Shown: positions 38,973-48,065 of the stretch, one piece after another
Layout: each line of letters starts with the position of its first letter
Numbering within the stretch: position 1 is the first letter of the stretch
From: Alphaproteobacteria bacterium
GTDB taxonomy: Bacteria; Pseudomonadota; Alphaproteobacteria; UBA6615
Assembly: GCA_021774445.1 (NCBI GenBank)
Contig: JAJFJA010000056.1
Location: forward strand, 18,347-82,346
DNA length: 64,000 bases
Reading direction: 5' to 3'
Made by a program: the position numbers and the translations under genes
Notes under the pieces: generated by a model
Told to the model about the DNA's origin: nothing
Databases searched by the model: none
What the model saw: only the letters and a program-made list of their open reading frames with translations

Positions 38973-40117
38973 CTGACACCACCGAGGAAACAGCGGAAGC
39001 GCCCGATGACGACGCGGTGGCTGCCGAGTGGGAAGCCATGGCCGGAGACGATGGCGACGGCGACGGCGGAGGTGACGGCGGAGGTGACGGCGACGATCTC
39101 GCTGCCGATTGGGACGCCATGGCGGATGGCGATGACGAGGAAGAAGGCAATACCGGCCGGGTCCTGGATCAGGACGAAATCGACAGTCTACTCGGCTTTG
39201 ATGGAGATGGTGATGCCGGGGAGACCCATGGCGTCGCCGCGATCATCAACAGCGCGCTCGTCAACTATGAGCGTCTGCCGATGCTGGAGGTCGTGTTCGA
39301 CCGGCTGGTTCGGATGATGACGACCTCGTTGCGTAATTTCACGTCCGACAATGTCGAGGTCAGTATCGACAGCGTGCAGTCGATCCGTTTCGGCGATTAC
39401 CTCAATTCGATCCCACTGCCGGCCATGTTGACTGTGTTCAATGCCGAGGAATGGGACAACTATGCCCTGCTCACGGTCGATAGCTCGCTGATCTACTCGA
39501 TCGTCGATGTGCTGCTGGGCGGTCGCCGCGGCACTGCCGCGATGCGCATCGAAGGCCGGCCGTATACGACTATTGAGCGTAATCTGGTTGAGCGGATGGT
39601 CAATGTGGTGCTGGCTGACCTGTCGGCGGCGTTCGATCCCCTCAGTCCGGTGAACTTCCGCTTCGAACGGCTGGAGACCAATCCGCGGTTCGCGACCATC
39701 GCCCGGCCGGCGAACGCCGGTATCGTCACGCGCATGCGGATCGATATGGAGGATCGTGGCGGGCGTCTCGAGTTAATGCTGCCTTATGCGACCCTCGAAC
39801 CGGTACGCGAGCTGTTGTTGCAGATGTTCATGGGTGAAAAGTTCGGACGGGACTCGATTTGGGAAACCCATCTGGCTAACGAGCTGTGGATGACGGATGT
39901 GAATATCCGGGCGGTGCTCGACGAGCAGACCATGATGCTCGCCGATGTGCTGGCGCTTACGGTCGGGTCACAGTTGTCGCTGAACAGCCAACCGAACACG
40001 GATGTGCAGCTGTATTGCGGCGATGTGCCGATGTTCTCCGGCAAGCTGGGCCGCAAGGGCGGCAACATAGCGGTGCGGCTGGACAATCGGTTGATTGGCG
40101 AACGAGGGACCGACTGA
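38969..40117 (+). CDS. fliM: Flagellar motor switch protein FliM (with an unusual acidic N-terminal extension)
   Basis: The CheY-P-binding-like LDQDEIDSLLGF segment sits at residue ~70 rather than at the extreme N-terminus. The FliM core is RLPMLEVVFDRLVRMMTTSLRNFTSDNVEVSIDSVQSIRFGDYL. ATGA overlap with fliL. Confidence 0.9.
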   Translation: MTDTTEETAEAPDDDAVAAEWEAMAGDDGDGDGGGDGGGDGDDLAADWDAMADGDDEEEGNTGRVLDQDEIDSLLGFDGDGDAGETHGVAAIINSALVNYERLPMLEVVFDRLVRMMTTSLRNFTSDNVEVSIDSVQSIRFGDYLNSIPLPAMLTVFNAEEWDNYALLTVDSSLIYSIVDVLLGGRRGTAAMRIEGRPYTTIERNLVERMVNVVLADLSAAFDPLSPVNFRFERLETNPRFATIARPANAGIVTRMRIDMEDRGGRLELMLPYATLEPVRELLLQMFMGEKFGRDSIWETHLANELWMTDVNIRAVLDEQTMMLADVLALTVGSQLSLNSQPNTDVQLYCGDVPMFSGKLGRKGGNIAVRLDNRLIGERGTD

Positions 40118-40590
40118 TGACAATGGGCTTGGGGCTCGATGTCCTGGTCTCCGTGCTGTTGGTCGTGATGATCGGTTTCTCGGCATTACTAAGTCGGCGA
40201 CTGAGTAATCTCCGCGATGGCCGCGGGGAGCTTGATGGCGCCATTGCCGCCTTTGCCGCGGCCAGCGAGTCGGCCGAGGCGAGCGTGCAAAAACTCAAAC
40301 GGCATGCGGAAAGCCGCAATAGCGATCTGCAGGAGAGCATCGATTCGGGGCGCGCATTGCGCGACGAGTTGGCCTTTCTGCTGGATCGAGCGGAAGACCA
40401 GTCGAAACGGCTGGATACTCTGATTCGATCAGGGCGGGACAAGGCGGGGTCGTCGTTGGCAGAGAGCGATGCCGGCGCGGCGATTGGAGCGGTCGTGGCG
40501 GCATCGGGCTCAGAACCGGCCGCCGAGCCGGTCGGTCAACGCTCGGAAGCGGAGACTGCGTTATTGAAAACGTTGGCGGGACTGCGCTGA
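40117..40590 (+). CDS. Hypothetical membrane-anchored coiled-coil protein (flagellar operon member)
   Basis: 157 aa. The start codon overlaps the fliM stop (TGATGACAATG). One N-terminal TM segment is followed by a coiled coil. Confidence 0.5.
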   Translation: MTMGLGLDVLVSVLLVVMIGFSALLSRRLSNLRDGRGELDGAIAAFAAASESAEASVQKLKRHAESRNSDLQESIDSGRALRDELAFLLDRAEDQSKRLDTLIRSGRDKAGSSLAESDAGAAIGAVVAASGSEPAAEPVGQRSEAETALLKTLAGLR

Positions 40591-40630
40591 GACGTCAGTG
40601 CCCTGACCGGCAATTGGGAGGTCCATATTA

Positions 40631-41254
40631 ATGTTATCCGTTCGTCTCTTGCATGTGACGATCGTCGCTGCCGCGCTGCTGTTGGTGGTGCGGCTGGGCG
40701 ATGTCTGGGTCGGTCTGCAGGTCAATGGTGTGGCGCTGGCAGCCCCGTCGGAGACCGACGCGGAGGCGGCGGAGGCCGATAACGAGGAGGCCGACGAGGA
40801 TATTGCGGCCGAAGATAGCGAGTCGATACCAGATGAGTTTACCTTCGAAGAGCTTCAGGTACTGCAGGACCTAGCGAACCGCCGCGAGGCCTTGGAGGAA
40901 CGCGAACGCGAGCTCAACCTGCGTGAGGGCCTGCTGAATGTGGCCGAGCAAAGGATCGAGACAAAGATCGCGAACATGGAAGATTTGCGGAGCGAGATCC
41001 AAGGGTTGCTGCGCGACTACGACGAACAGGAACAGGCGGAACTCAGGAGCGTGGTCAAAATCTATGAGACGATGAAGCCAAAGGATGCGGCTCGTATCTT
41101 GGAGGCGCTGGAAATCACCGTGCTGCTGCCGATTATGGAGCTGATGAAAGAACGATCCAGTGCTTCGGTTCTGGCTGCCATGGATGCCGTCACCGCGCGT
41201 ACAATCACCACCGAACTCGCGCGGCGGAAAGAGATCGATCCGCCGAACGGCTGA
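40631..41254 (+). CDS. MotE-like flagellar motility protein (MgtE_N-like C-terminal domain)
   Basis: 207 aa with an N-terminal TM/signal, an acidic linker, a coiled coil and a C-terminal VVKIYETMKPKDAARILEAL...MELMKERSSASVLAAMDAVTARTI motif, typical of the alphaproteobacterial MotE/FlbB family as I recall it. Confidence 0.5.
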   Translation: MLSVRLLHVTIVAAALLLVVRLGDVWVGLQVNGVALAAPSETDAEAAEADNEEADEDIAAEDSESIPDEFTFEELQVLQDLANRREALEERERELNLREGLLNVAEQRIETKIANMEDLRSEIQGLLRDYDEQEQAELRSVVKIYETMKPKDAARILEALEITVLLPIMELMKERSSASVLAAMDAVTARTITTELARRKEIDPPNG

Positions 41255-41426
41255 TGACTTCGATGCCGGCTCGGATCATGAATATTTGCCAAAATTCGGC
41301 CGATCCGAGCGGAAATCCAGATGTGAGAACCGGCAATTTACGCCGTATTAACTGGATTTATGTTCGATTGTAACGATGAAATCAACACTTGCTTCAGCGC
41401 CGGATTGCTGAGGGTGGAGTAGGAAA

Positions 41427-41813
41427 ATGGCCGTCGATCTCAACATGCCCGTTCTCATAGTCGATGACTATAAGACGATGCTAAGAATTATCCGCAACCT
41501 TCTCAAACAGCTCGGCTTCAACAATGTGGACGAAGCCATGGATGGTGGAGGTGCGCTGGCAAAGCTCCGGCAGAAGGAGTTTGGTCTGGTTATCTCCGAT
41601 TGGAACATGGTGCCGATGACAGGCATCCAGCTCCTCAAGGAGGTACGGGCCGACGAGAAGCTCAAGGCTATGCCCTTCATCATGGTAACGGCCGAGAGCA
41701 AGACCGAGAATGTGGTCGCCGCCAAGGAAGCCGGCGTGTCCAACTATATTGTCAAGCCGTTCAACGCAGCGACGCTGAAGACCAAACTGACCGCAGTAAT
41801 CGGCAACTTCTGA
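41427..41813 (+). CDS. cheY: Chemotaxis response regulator CheY
   Basis: 128-aa single receiver domain with DD (VLIVDDY), the phospho-acceptor D in VISDWNMVPMTG, and a conserved T and K (IMVTAES...KPF). Confidence 0.85.
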   Translation: MAVDLNMPVLIVDDYKTMLRIIRNLLKQLGFNNVDEAMDGGGALAKLRQKEFGLVISDWNMVPMTGIQLLKEVRADEKLKAMPFIMVTAESKTENVVAAKEAGVSNYIVKPFNAATLKTKLTAVIGNF

Positions 41814-41842
41814 GTCGATTGAGAAATAGATAGGGCTCAGAA

Positions 41843-42496
41843 ATGGCACAAGATGCAGGCTTAGGTAAGACCGCAGACGGTGGAGAGCTAGTTTTATCAG
41901 ATCATGACGGACTATCTGTTGAAGCAGTGACATCCATCGTGAAAGAGGCACTGGGTACGATGGAAGGCGATATCAACGGACCTGACCTCAGGGTCCTACA
42001 GGAAATTCAGTCGATCTCCGACTATATTGCGAAGTCGAAGCGTGAAGTCGCGGCGATACGGCCGGACAAGATCAGCTCCGAGCACATCCCGGCGGCGACG
42101 GACGAACTCGACGCTATCGTTTTGGCGACCGAGAATGCGACCAATAGCATTATGGAAGCGGCCGAAGTGATCGAGAGCGTGGCCGAGAAATCGGATGCCG
42201 AGACCTCACAGGTCCTAGTCGACGCGGTTACGGCGATCTATGAAGCCTGTGGCTTCCAAGACATCACAGGTCAGCGGATCGGAAAAATCGTCGGCGTCAT
42301 GCAGAATATCGAAACCAAGATCACAGGCCTGGTCGAGGCGTTTTCCGATGAAATCGAGAAACTCAAGGCAGAGATGCCAGACGAGGAAGAGACACCAGAG
42401 GTGTTAGACGATTCCGATTTGCTCAACGGGCCGCAGCTCGAGAATGATGCCCAGTCTCAGGATGAGATTGACCAGCTGCTCGCCAGTTTCGACTGA
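41843..42496 (+). CDS. cheZ: Chemotaxis phosphatase CheZ
   Basis: 217 aa with the catalytic motif ACGFQDITGQRIGK (FQDLTGQ-type with the active Gln) and a C-terminal acidic CheY-binding-like peptide QDEIDQLLASFD. Confidence 0.7.
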   Translation: MAQDAGLGKTADGGELVLSDHDGLSVEAVTSIVKEALGTMEGDINGPDLRVLQEIQSISDYIAKSKREVAAIRPDKISSEHIPAATDELDAIVLATENATNSIMEAAEVIESVAEKSDAETSQVLVDAVTAIYEACGFQDITGQRIGKIVGVMQNIETKITGLVEAFSDEIEKLKAEMPDEEETPEVLDDSDLLNGPQLENDAQSQDEIDQLLASFD

Positions 42497-42507
42497 GTCA
42501 ACTCACC

Positions 42508-43203
42508 GTGGTCGCCCGTCATTCCGATGGGTCTGGAGGGCAAGCATCCAGCCGCCCGATCGACAGACGGTCTGGCCTGGTGGCGGTATTGTCCTTGTTT
42601 CTACTGTTGCTGGCGTTCTTCGTGCTGCTCAGTACGCTGTCGCGCTTTGAAGCCACACGCACCAAAGCCGTTCTGGGTAGTCTCGACGCGACTTTCCGGG
42701 CACCGGATCAAGTCGGCTTTGAGCGACGGTTGGAATCCTTGGTCGGCGTGCTGGTCGGCGCGGAACGACTGGAGAATGTCGTCACGGATATCCTGCGCAC
42801 CGCCATCGCCCTCGACACCCACGAATTCCTGCGCGTCGGCGCCGAGTTGACCGCGACGCTGCGCGTATCGGATTTCTTTGAGGCGTCACGAGCGACGGCA
42901 CGCCCTGGCATTATGGAATTGGCAGAGTTGCTGGCGGATGCCGTTGCGGCGCCGCCTGCCGGTCTGCGTTATGAGGTTGACATCCTACTGCATCCGGTCG
43001 TCGACGAGGTCGACCTCGCGGTTCAACGGGCGGATATGTTGGCGAAAATCTTCTCCGATGGCGGCACGCCGGATGACGGCCTCGCGGTTGGGTTGACCAG
43101 CGGTGACACGCGAAACATTCGGTTGGTGTTTCGGGTCCTGCCCTCGGAGTTCGGTGACGGCGTCAGTTTCGGCGCCGATGGCCGCCGGCGAGTCATAAGA
43201 TGA
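42508..43203 (+). CDS. MotB-plug-like membrane protein, paralog A (degenerate)
   Basis: N-terminal TM plus plug segment LVAVLSLFLLLLAFFVLLSTLS, paralogous to the next gene. No clear OmpA domain. Confidence 0.45.
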   Translation: MVARHSDGSGGQASSRPIDRRSGLVAVLSLFLLLLAFFVLLSTLSRFEATRTKAVLGSLDATFRAPDQVGFERRLESLVGVLVGAERLENVVTDILRTAIALDTHEFLRVGAELTATLRVSDFFEASRATARPGIMELAELLADAVAAPPAGLRYEVDILLHPVVDEVDLAVQRADMLAKIFSDGGTPDDGLAVGLTSGDTRNIRLVFRVLPSEFGDGVSFGADGRRRVIR

Positions 43204-43889
43204 TCGGCGCGTCGGCCAGGCGGCCCGCATCCTCAGACCGGCGCTGGCTGATAACGTTCGCCGATTTGTCGGCGGTCATGCTGGCCTTCTTCGTGCTGAT
43301 GTTCTCGATGTCGGAGGTGGACACCGAAAAATGGGACGGTGCGGTCGACGCCATCAATAGAAGTTTCGATCCGATCAGCGACGAGGAACCGGCAATCCGG
43401 CCGCAAGCGGAACGCAATCTCGAAACGGTTCCGACGGTGCCGGCAACGAACTTGGCCTACTTGGCCGGGCTGCTCGAGAGGCAGACCCGCGATAGACCTG
43501 ACCTCGACCGTGTGCGGATATCGTTGCTGGCGGGGCAGCTCGTCGTCTCTTTCCCCAAAGGCGCCCTGGTGGACGATGCGGATCAACTAACCGCTCAAGG
43601 CAGGTCGGCGCTGTTCGTTCTGAGCGGCTTTCTTGCCGGGATCGATAACGAAATCAATGTGATCGGACACGCCCTGCGGCGACCGGTGCGTGAAATATCG
43701 CCATGGGGCCAGGCGCTTCGGCGTGCGGTGCTGGTAAGCGGCGCGCTGGAGCAAGCCGGGTATCGGCGGCCGATAGAGGCATTGGGCTATGCCTTGGAAC
43801 GCAGAGATCCGGTGTTGCCGGCCCGCAGCAGAGTGGATATCGACGGGCGGATCGATATCGTGGTCATCGAAGATAGGCCGGTCCTATGA
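43200..43889 (+). CDS. MotB-like protein, paralog B (MotB N-terminal signature plus degenerate OmpA-like C-terminal domain)
   Basis: WLITFADLSAVMLAFFVLMFSMS matches the MotB TM/plug signature. The C-terminus has OmpA-like remnants (INVIGHA..., ALRRAVLVSGAL). ATGA overlap with paralog A. Confidence 0.55.
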   Translation: MIGASARRPASSDRRWLITFADLSAVMLAFFVLMFSMSEVDTEKWDGAVDAINRSFDPISDEEPAIRPQAERNLETVPTVPATNLAYLAGLLERQTRDRPDLDRVRISLLAGQLVVSFPKGALVDDADQLTAQGRSALFVLSGFLAGIDNEINVIGHALRRPVREISPWGQALRRAVLVSGALEQAGYRRPIEALGYALERRDPVLPARSRVDIDGRIDIVVIEDRPVL

Positions 43890-46800
43890 GCAGAGCCCGT
43901 TCCGGTTTGACCGCCGGTTTGGCGGCGATTTTCGTCCTTGGGGCCGTTTTGCCGGCGTTTGCCGCGGAACGGATTGCGCTGCGCGCCTGGCCGCACCCCG
44001 ATTTCGCGCGTCTCGTCTTCGATTGGAAGTCGCCTGTTTCCTACGAGGTGGGGATCGACGGTCGCGTGCTGTCGGTCGTATTCGATCGTGATCTCGAGAC
44101 AAGTTTTGCCGAGGTTCAGACAAATCTGGGGGATCAGATCAGCGAGGCCAGACTTGGCGACGATGGTCGGACGGTACGCTTTACCCTAAAGGCGGATTAT
44201 GAGTTGCGGCATTTCGTGGCCGACGGGTCGGTCGTGTTGGATCTGCTGCAAAGCGGCCCCGAGGCCAAGGCGGATGGTCGTGCCAGCGTGCCGGTCAGAA
44301 CCGGGCAACATGACAAGTTCAGCCGGGTCGTGTTCGATTGGCCGAGTGTCGTCGACTATCAGGTGGCGGAAACAGATGGCGCGGTAACCCTGCGCTTTTC
44401 GCGCCCGGCGACCATCGACCTGTCGGCGGTTACCAGGGATCCGCCGCGCGAGATCGCCAGCGCCGAACAAAGTGACGATAGCGATGCCACCACGGTGGTC
44501 CTAGGGATTACCGCCGGTAGTCGTATCAGGCATTTTCGGGACGGTTTCAAAATTGTCGTTGACGTGCAACGGACGACTGAGCCGGAAATTGAGGATACCA
44601 GCGCGGCGCGGACCGCTGAGCCCGCCGAAGCGGATGAGCAGCCGGCACCGGTTGAGACAGCGCAGACGCCCCCAGAGCCGCCGGTGCAGATTACCGAGGC
44701 GTTGGCGCAACGGCCGGCCGCGGTTCAGGACCGAGAGGTTACGGCGACGAGTGCGACGGCGCCGCCCACACCGCAGGGTACGGAACTTCATGTGGCCTCG
44801 GAGGAGCAAGGTAAGGCGACTGCCGCGCCTACCGCCCTGGTCCCGACGGGCCACGCCGCGGAAGGCGGTTCCGCGCCGGACAGTGTCGATGCCGGACATG
44901 GTGAGGATGAGCCTACCGAGGCTGCCGAGGGCGACGACGACAATGCGGCGCCGGAAGAGTTTGAGGTTACATTTACCCGCTCGGCGGATGGCGGCGTGCT
45001 CTCGTTCCCGTTTCACCGGCGAACGGGGGCGGCGGCGTTTCGGCGCAGCGGGCGGCTTTGGCTCGTCTTCGATACGCCGGCCGCCGTCGATCCGCGGGCG
45101 ATCTTGGATATAGCGCAGGATGTCGTCCTGGGCGTCGAAAAGGTGGTCGTGGACGGTGCCCTGGTGTTGCGGCTGGATACAATACCTGGGTTCAACCCAA
45201 CCCTCGAGACCGATGGCAATGAGTGGCTGGTGACTATTCGGCCGCAGACCCTGGACCCAGCGACGCGGCTGGACGTGACGGTATCCAGTGATGTCGCCGG
45301 GGGCGGCACTGTCGTGGTGCCGGTGGGGGCGGTCAGCAAAAAGGTGACGTTGTCCGACCCGGAAGTCGGCGATCGGATTTCAGTTGTCACGCTCAAAGCG
45401 CCGGGCGTTGGCGTCAGCACGGAAAGATCATTTGTCGGCTTCGCTTTGCTCGAGTCGGCGCAAGGCGTCGCGGTGGTTCCGGCGCGTGATGACATCGAGG
45501 TGCAGGCGAACAGGAAAGGCGTGGTAATTGGCGCCGACGGCGGCCTGGCTATTACCACGGTGCGGGAGCGGTCGCAGATCAAACAGGCGGCCGGGGGTGC
45601 CAACGTGGTGCGGCGCTACTTCGACTTCGACGGCTGGCGCGGCGCCGATGGTCAGTATGAGGAGACCAAACAAGCGTTACAGTTGCACGTTGCCACCACG
45701 GGCGGCGACGACCGCGACGCGGCGCGGCTCGATCTTGCTCGGTTCTATTTCGCGCATGGTCAGTCGGAGCGTGTACTTGGCGTGTTGGCAGCCATAACGC
45801 GCGACGGTGGGACCGCCGGAAGGTCGCCGGAGTTCAAGGCGTTACGGGGTGCCGCCGCCTATTTGGCGAGGCGGTCCGACCTGGCGGCAACGGACCTGGC
45901 GGACCGGCGGCTCGACGATGAGCCGGAAATCGGCCTTTGGCGCGCCGCGTTGACGGCGGATCAAGGCGACTGGCCCGCCGCCGCGGCCGGGCTGCAAGAT
46001 AGCGAACTTTATGTGCAGCGTTATCCCGACGATTTGCGGGCGCAGTTCAGTTTGCTCGGCGCCGATGCGTCGTTGCGGGTTGACGATTCCATCGGGGCGA
46101 AGGCGTGGCTGGAGTCGCTGAGAGGCGTCTCGCTGAACGAGACCGATAACGGTCTTGCAAAGGTCTATCTGGGTATGGTGCTGGCCGACAATGGTCAATT
46201 CGAAGAGGCGATGGAGAAGTTCGATCAAGCCATCGCCGGTGACGACCGAAAAAGCCGCGCCTTGGCGATGTTCGAACGGGCTAATCTGCAGCTTGAGATC
46301 GGTGAGGCGGACGAACAAGAGGTGCTGGGCGACCTCGACCGGCTGCGTTACGCCTGGCGGGGCGACGATCTGGAATTCAGCGTCCTGCGCCGGCTGGGCC
46401 AACTACGGGTCGAGAGCGACGACTATCGCGACGGGCTCCAAATGATGAGACGGGCCGCGGCGAACTACCCGCAGCATCCGGAAGTCGAGGGGCTAACGGA
46501 GTTGATGCAAAAGACGTTCAGCGATCTGTATCTGCATGGTGGCGCCGACGTCATGCCGGCGGTGCGGGCGATCGCTATATTCAACGAGTTTCGCGAGTTG
46601 ACGCCGACCGGTAGCGAAGGCGATGAGATGATCCGGCGGTTGGCGGACCGATTGGTCTCAGTGGATTTGCTGGAGCAAGCGGCTGAGCTGCTAACTCATC
46701 AGATGGAGTTCCGCGTCGAAGGCGAGGAGAAGGCCGGTGTCGGTACCAGGCTCGCCATCTTGCACTTGATGGATCGGCGGCCGGAGGAGGCCTTGCAGGC

Positions 46801-47323
46801 GTTGCGGGACAGCGAAGTCCGCACGATGCCCGCCGCGTTGTTCGATGAGCGGGTGCTTTTGCAGGCGCGCAGCTACTCCGAAATGGGACAGATCGAGGAC
46901 GCCCTCAAGCGGATTGCGCAGGACGATCGTGTTGAAGCGGACCGCCTGCGGGCGGACATATTCATGCGCGTGCAAGACTATCCGCGGGCTGTGGAAGTAT
47001 TGACGCGGCTGGTGGGCGCGGCGCCGGCGGCAGGGCAAGTCCTGGCCGCGGAGCGCAGCGTGCGGGTGTTGAACCTGGCCGTGGCGCTCAATCTTGCCGG
47101 CGACCGCCGCGGCCTCGATACGTTGCGGGAGCGCTTCGGACCGGCGATGGAAACGACGGAATTCGCAAATGATTTTCGGGTGATCGCGTCGAAGGATACG
47201 AACTCTCGCGAGCTGCGAAACGCGTTGAGCCGGGTGGCGGCCGTGGACGACTTCAAAGCCTTCATCGAGGCTTATCGCGACCGGCTGGCACTTCCGGCCG
47301 ATGGTACGACGCTGGTAAATTAA
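43886..47323 (+). CDS. Large secreted protein with two N-terminal AMIN-like domains, a Pro/Ala/Glu-rich linker and a C-terminal TPR-rich region
   Basis: 1145 aa with a signal peptide (AAIFVLGAVLPAFAAE). Internal repeats RAWPHPDFARLVFDWKSPVSYEVGIDGRVLSVVFDRD and GQHDKFSRVVFDWPSVVDYQVAETDGAVTLRFSRP are AMIN-like. TPR-like helices are seen from about residue 640 onward. It overlaps paralog B by 4 nt. Confidence 0.6.
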   Translation: MSRARSGLTAGLAAIFVLGAVLPAFAAERIALRAWPHPDFARLVFDWKSPVSYEVGIDGRVLSVVFDRDLETSFAEVQTNLGDQISEARLGDDGRTVRFTLKADYELRHFVADGSVVLDLLQSGPEAKADGRASVPVRTGQHDKFSRVVFDWPSVVDYQVAETDGAVTLRFSRPATIDLSAVTRDPPREIASAEQSDDSDATTVVLGITAGSRIRHFRDGFKIVVDVQRTTEPEIEDTSAARTAEPAEADEQPAPVETAQTPPEPPVQITEALAQRPAAVQDREVTATSATAPPTPQGTELHVASEEQGKATAAPTALVPTGHAAEGGSAPDSVDAGHGEDEPTEAAEGDDDNAAPEEFEVTFTRSADGGVLSFPFHRRTGAAAFRRSGRLWLVFDTPAAVDPRAILDIAQDVVLGVEKVVVDGALVLRLDTIPGFNPTLETDGNEWLVTIRPQTLDPATRLDVTVSSDVAGGGTVVVPVGAVSKKVTLSDPEVGDRISVVTLKAPGVGVSTERSFVGFALLESAQGVAVVPARDDIEVQANRKGVVIGADGGLAITTVRERSQIKQAAGGANVVRRYFDFDGWRGADGQYEETKQALQLHVATTGGDDRDAARLDLARFYFAHGQSERVLGVLAAITRDGGTAGRSPEFKALRGAAAYLARRSDLAATDLADRRLDDEPEIGLWRAALTADQGDWPAAAAGLQDSELYVQRYPDDLRAQFSLLGADASLRVDDSIGAKAWLESLRGVSLNETDNGLAKVYLGMVLADNGQFEEAMEKFDQAIAGDDRKSRALAMFERANLQLEIGEADEQEVLGDLDRLRYAWRGDDLEFSVLRRLGQLRVESDDYRDGLQMMRRAAANYPQHPEVEGLTELMQKTFSDLYLHGGADVMPAVRAIAIFNEFRELTPTGSEGDEMIRRLADRLVSVDLLEQAAELLTHQMEFRVEGEEKAGVGTRLAILHLMDRRPEEALQALRDSEVRTMPAALFDERVLLQARSYSEMGQIEDALKRIAQDDRVEADRLRADIFMRVQDYPRAVEVLTRLVGAAPAAGQVLAAERSVRVLNLAVALNLAGDRRGLDTLRERFGPAMETTEFANDFRVIASKDTNSRELRNALSRVAAVDDFKAFIEAYRDRLALPADGTTLVN

Positions 47324-47330
47324 CGGCGGA

Positions 47331-48065
47331 TTACCCGAAGCTCTGAACCAGGCTGCCCGCTATCAGGAACCAGCCGTCAATCAGCACAAAAAAGATCAGC
47401 TTGAACGGCAGAGAGATCATGATGGGCGGCAGCATCATCATGCCCATGGACATGAGGATGGACGCGACCACCATGTCGATGACGACGAACGGGATGAACA
47501 ACAAAAAACCAATCTCGAAGGCGCGTCTCAGCTCGGAAATCATGAAGGCGGGGACCAGGGCGCGCAATGGCGTGTCTTCGGGCGCCGCGACTTCTTCGAA
47601 TTCAGCCAGGTCCATGAAAAGACGCAGATCTTGGTCGCGCACATGCAACACCATAAAGGCGTGCAGCGGGGCGAGAGCCCTGTCGATGGCCTCTTCTTCG
47701 GTGATCTCCGCCGCCATCAGAGGGACGATGCCGTCGTTATAGGAGGCCTCTAGCGTGGGCGCCATGATGAACGCGGTGAGGAACAGTGCCAAGCTCACCA
47801 AAACAGTGTTCGGCGGTGTCTGCTGAGTCCCCATCGCGCTGCGTAGAAAAGACAGCACGACGATCACACGGGTGAAGCTGGTGGCCATGACGATTATCGA
47901 TGGCGCCAAGCTCAAGACCGTGAACAGCACGAAGAGCTGGACCACACGACCGGTCGTGGTGCCGGCACCGAAGTCCAGGTTCAGGCTCTGGGCGGTCGCT
48001 GGCGCGGCGAGTACGACCGCGATGAGCAAGCCCAGTGCAGCTTGGCGAACAACGGCGCGCATCAT
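47331..48065 (-). CDS. fliP: Flagellar biosynthesis protein FliP (export apparatus)
   Basis: 244 aa with a signal peptide, then VQLFVLFTVLSLAPSIIVMATSFTRVIVVLSFLRSA...GFLLFIPFVVIDMVVASILMSMGMMML. Confidence 0.9.
   Translation of the reverse strand: MMRAVVRQAALGLLIAVVLAAPATAQSLNLDFGAGTTTGRVVQLFVLFTVLSLAPSIIVMATSFTRVIVVLSFLRSAMGTQQTPPNTVLVSLALFLTAFIMAPTLEASYNDGIVPLMAAEITEEEAIDRALAPLHAFMVLHVRDQDLRLFMDLAEFEEVAAPEDTPLRALVPAFMISELRRAFEIGFLLFIPFVVIDMVVASILMSMGMMMLPPIMISLPFKLIFFVLIDGWFLIAGSLVQSFG

Noticed and set aside
39040-39100. Short tandem DNA repeats (GGCGAC / GGCGGAGGTGAC) flagged as a possible CRISPR or minisatellite
   Set aside because: They lie inside the fliM reading frame and encode the acidic GDG-rich extension. 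There is no repeat-spacer architecture and there are no cas genes, so this is not a CRISPR array.
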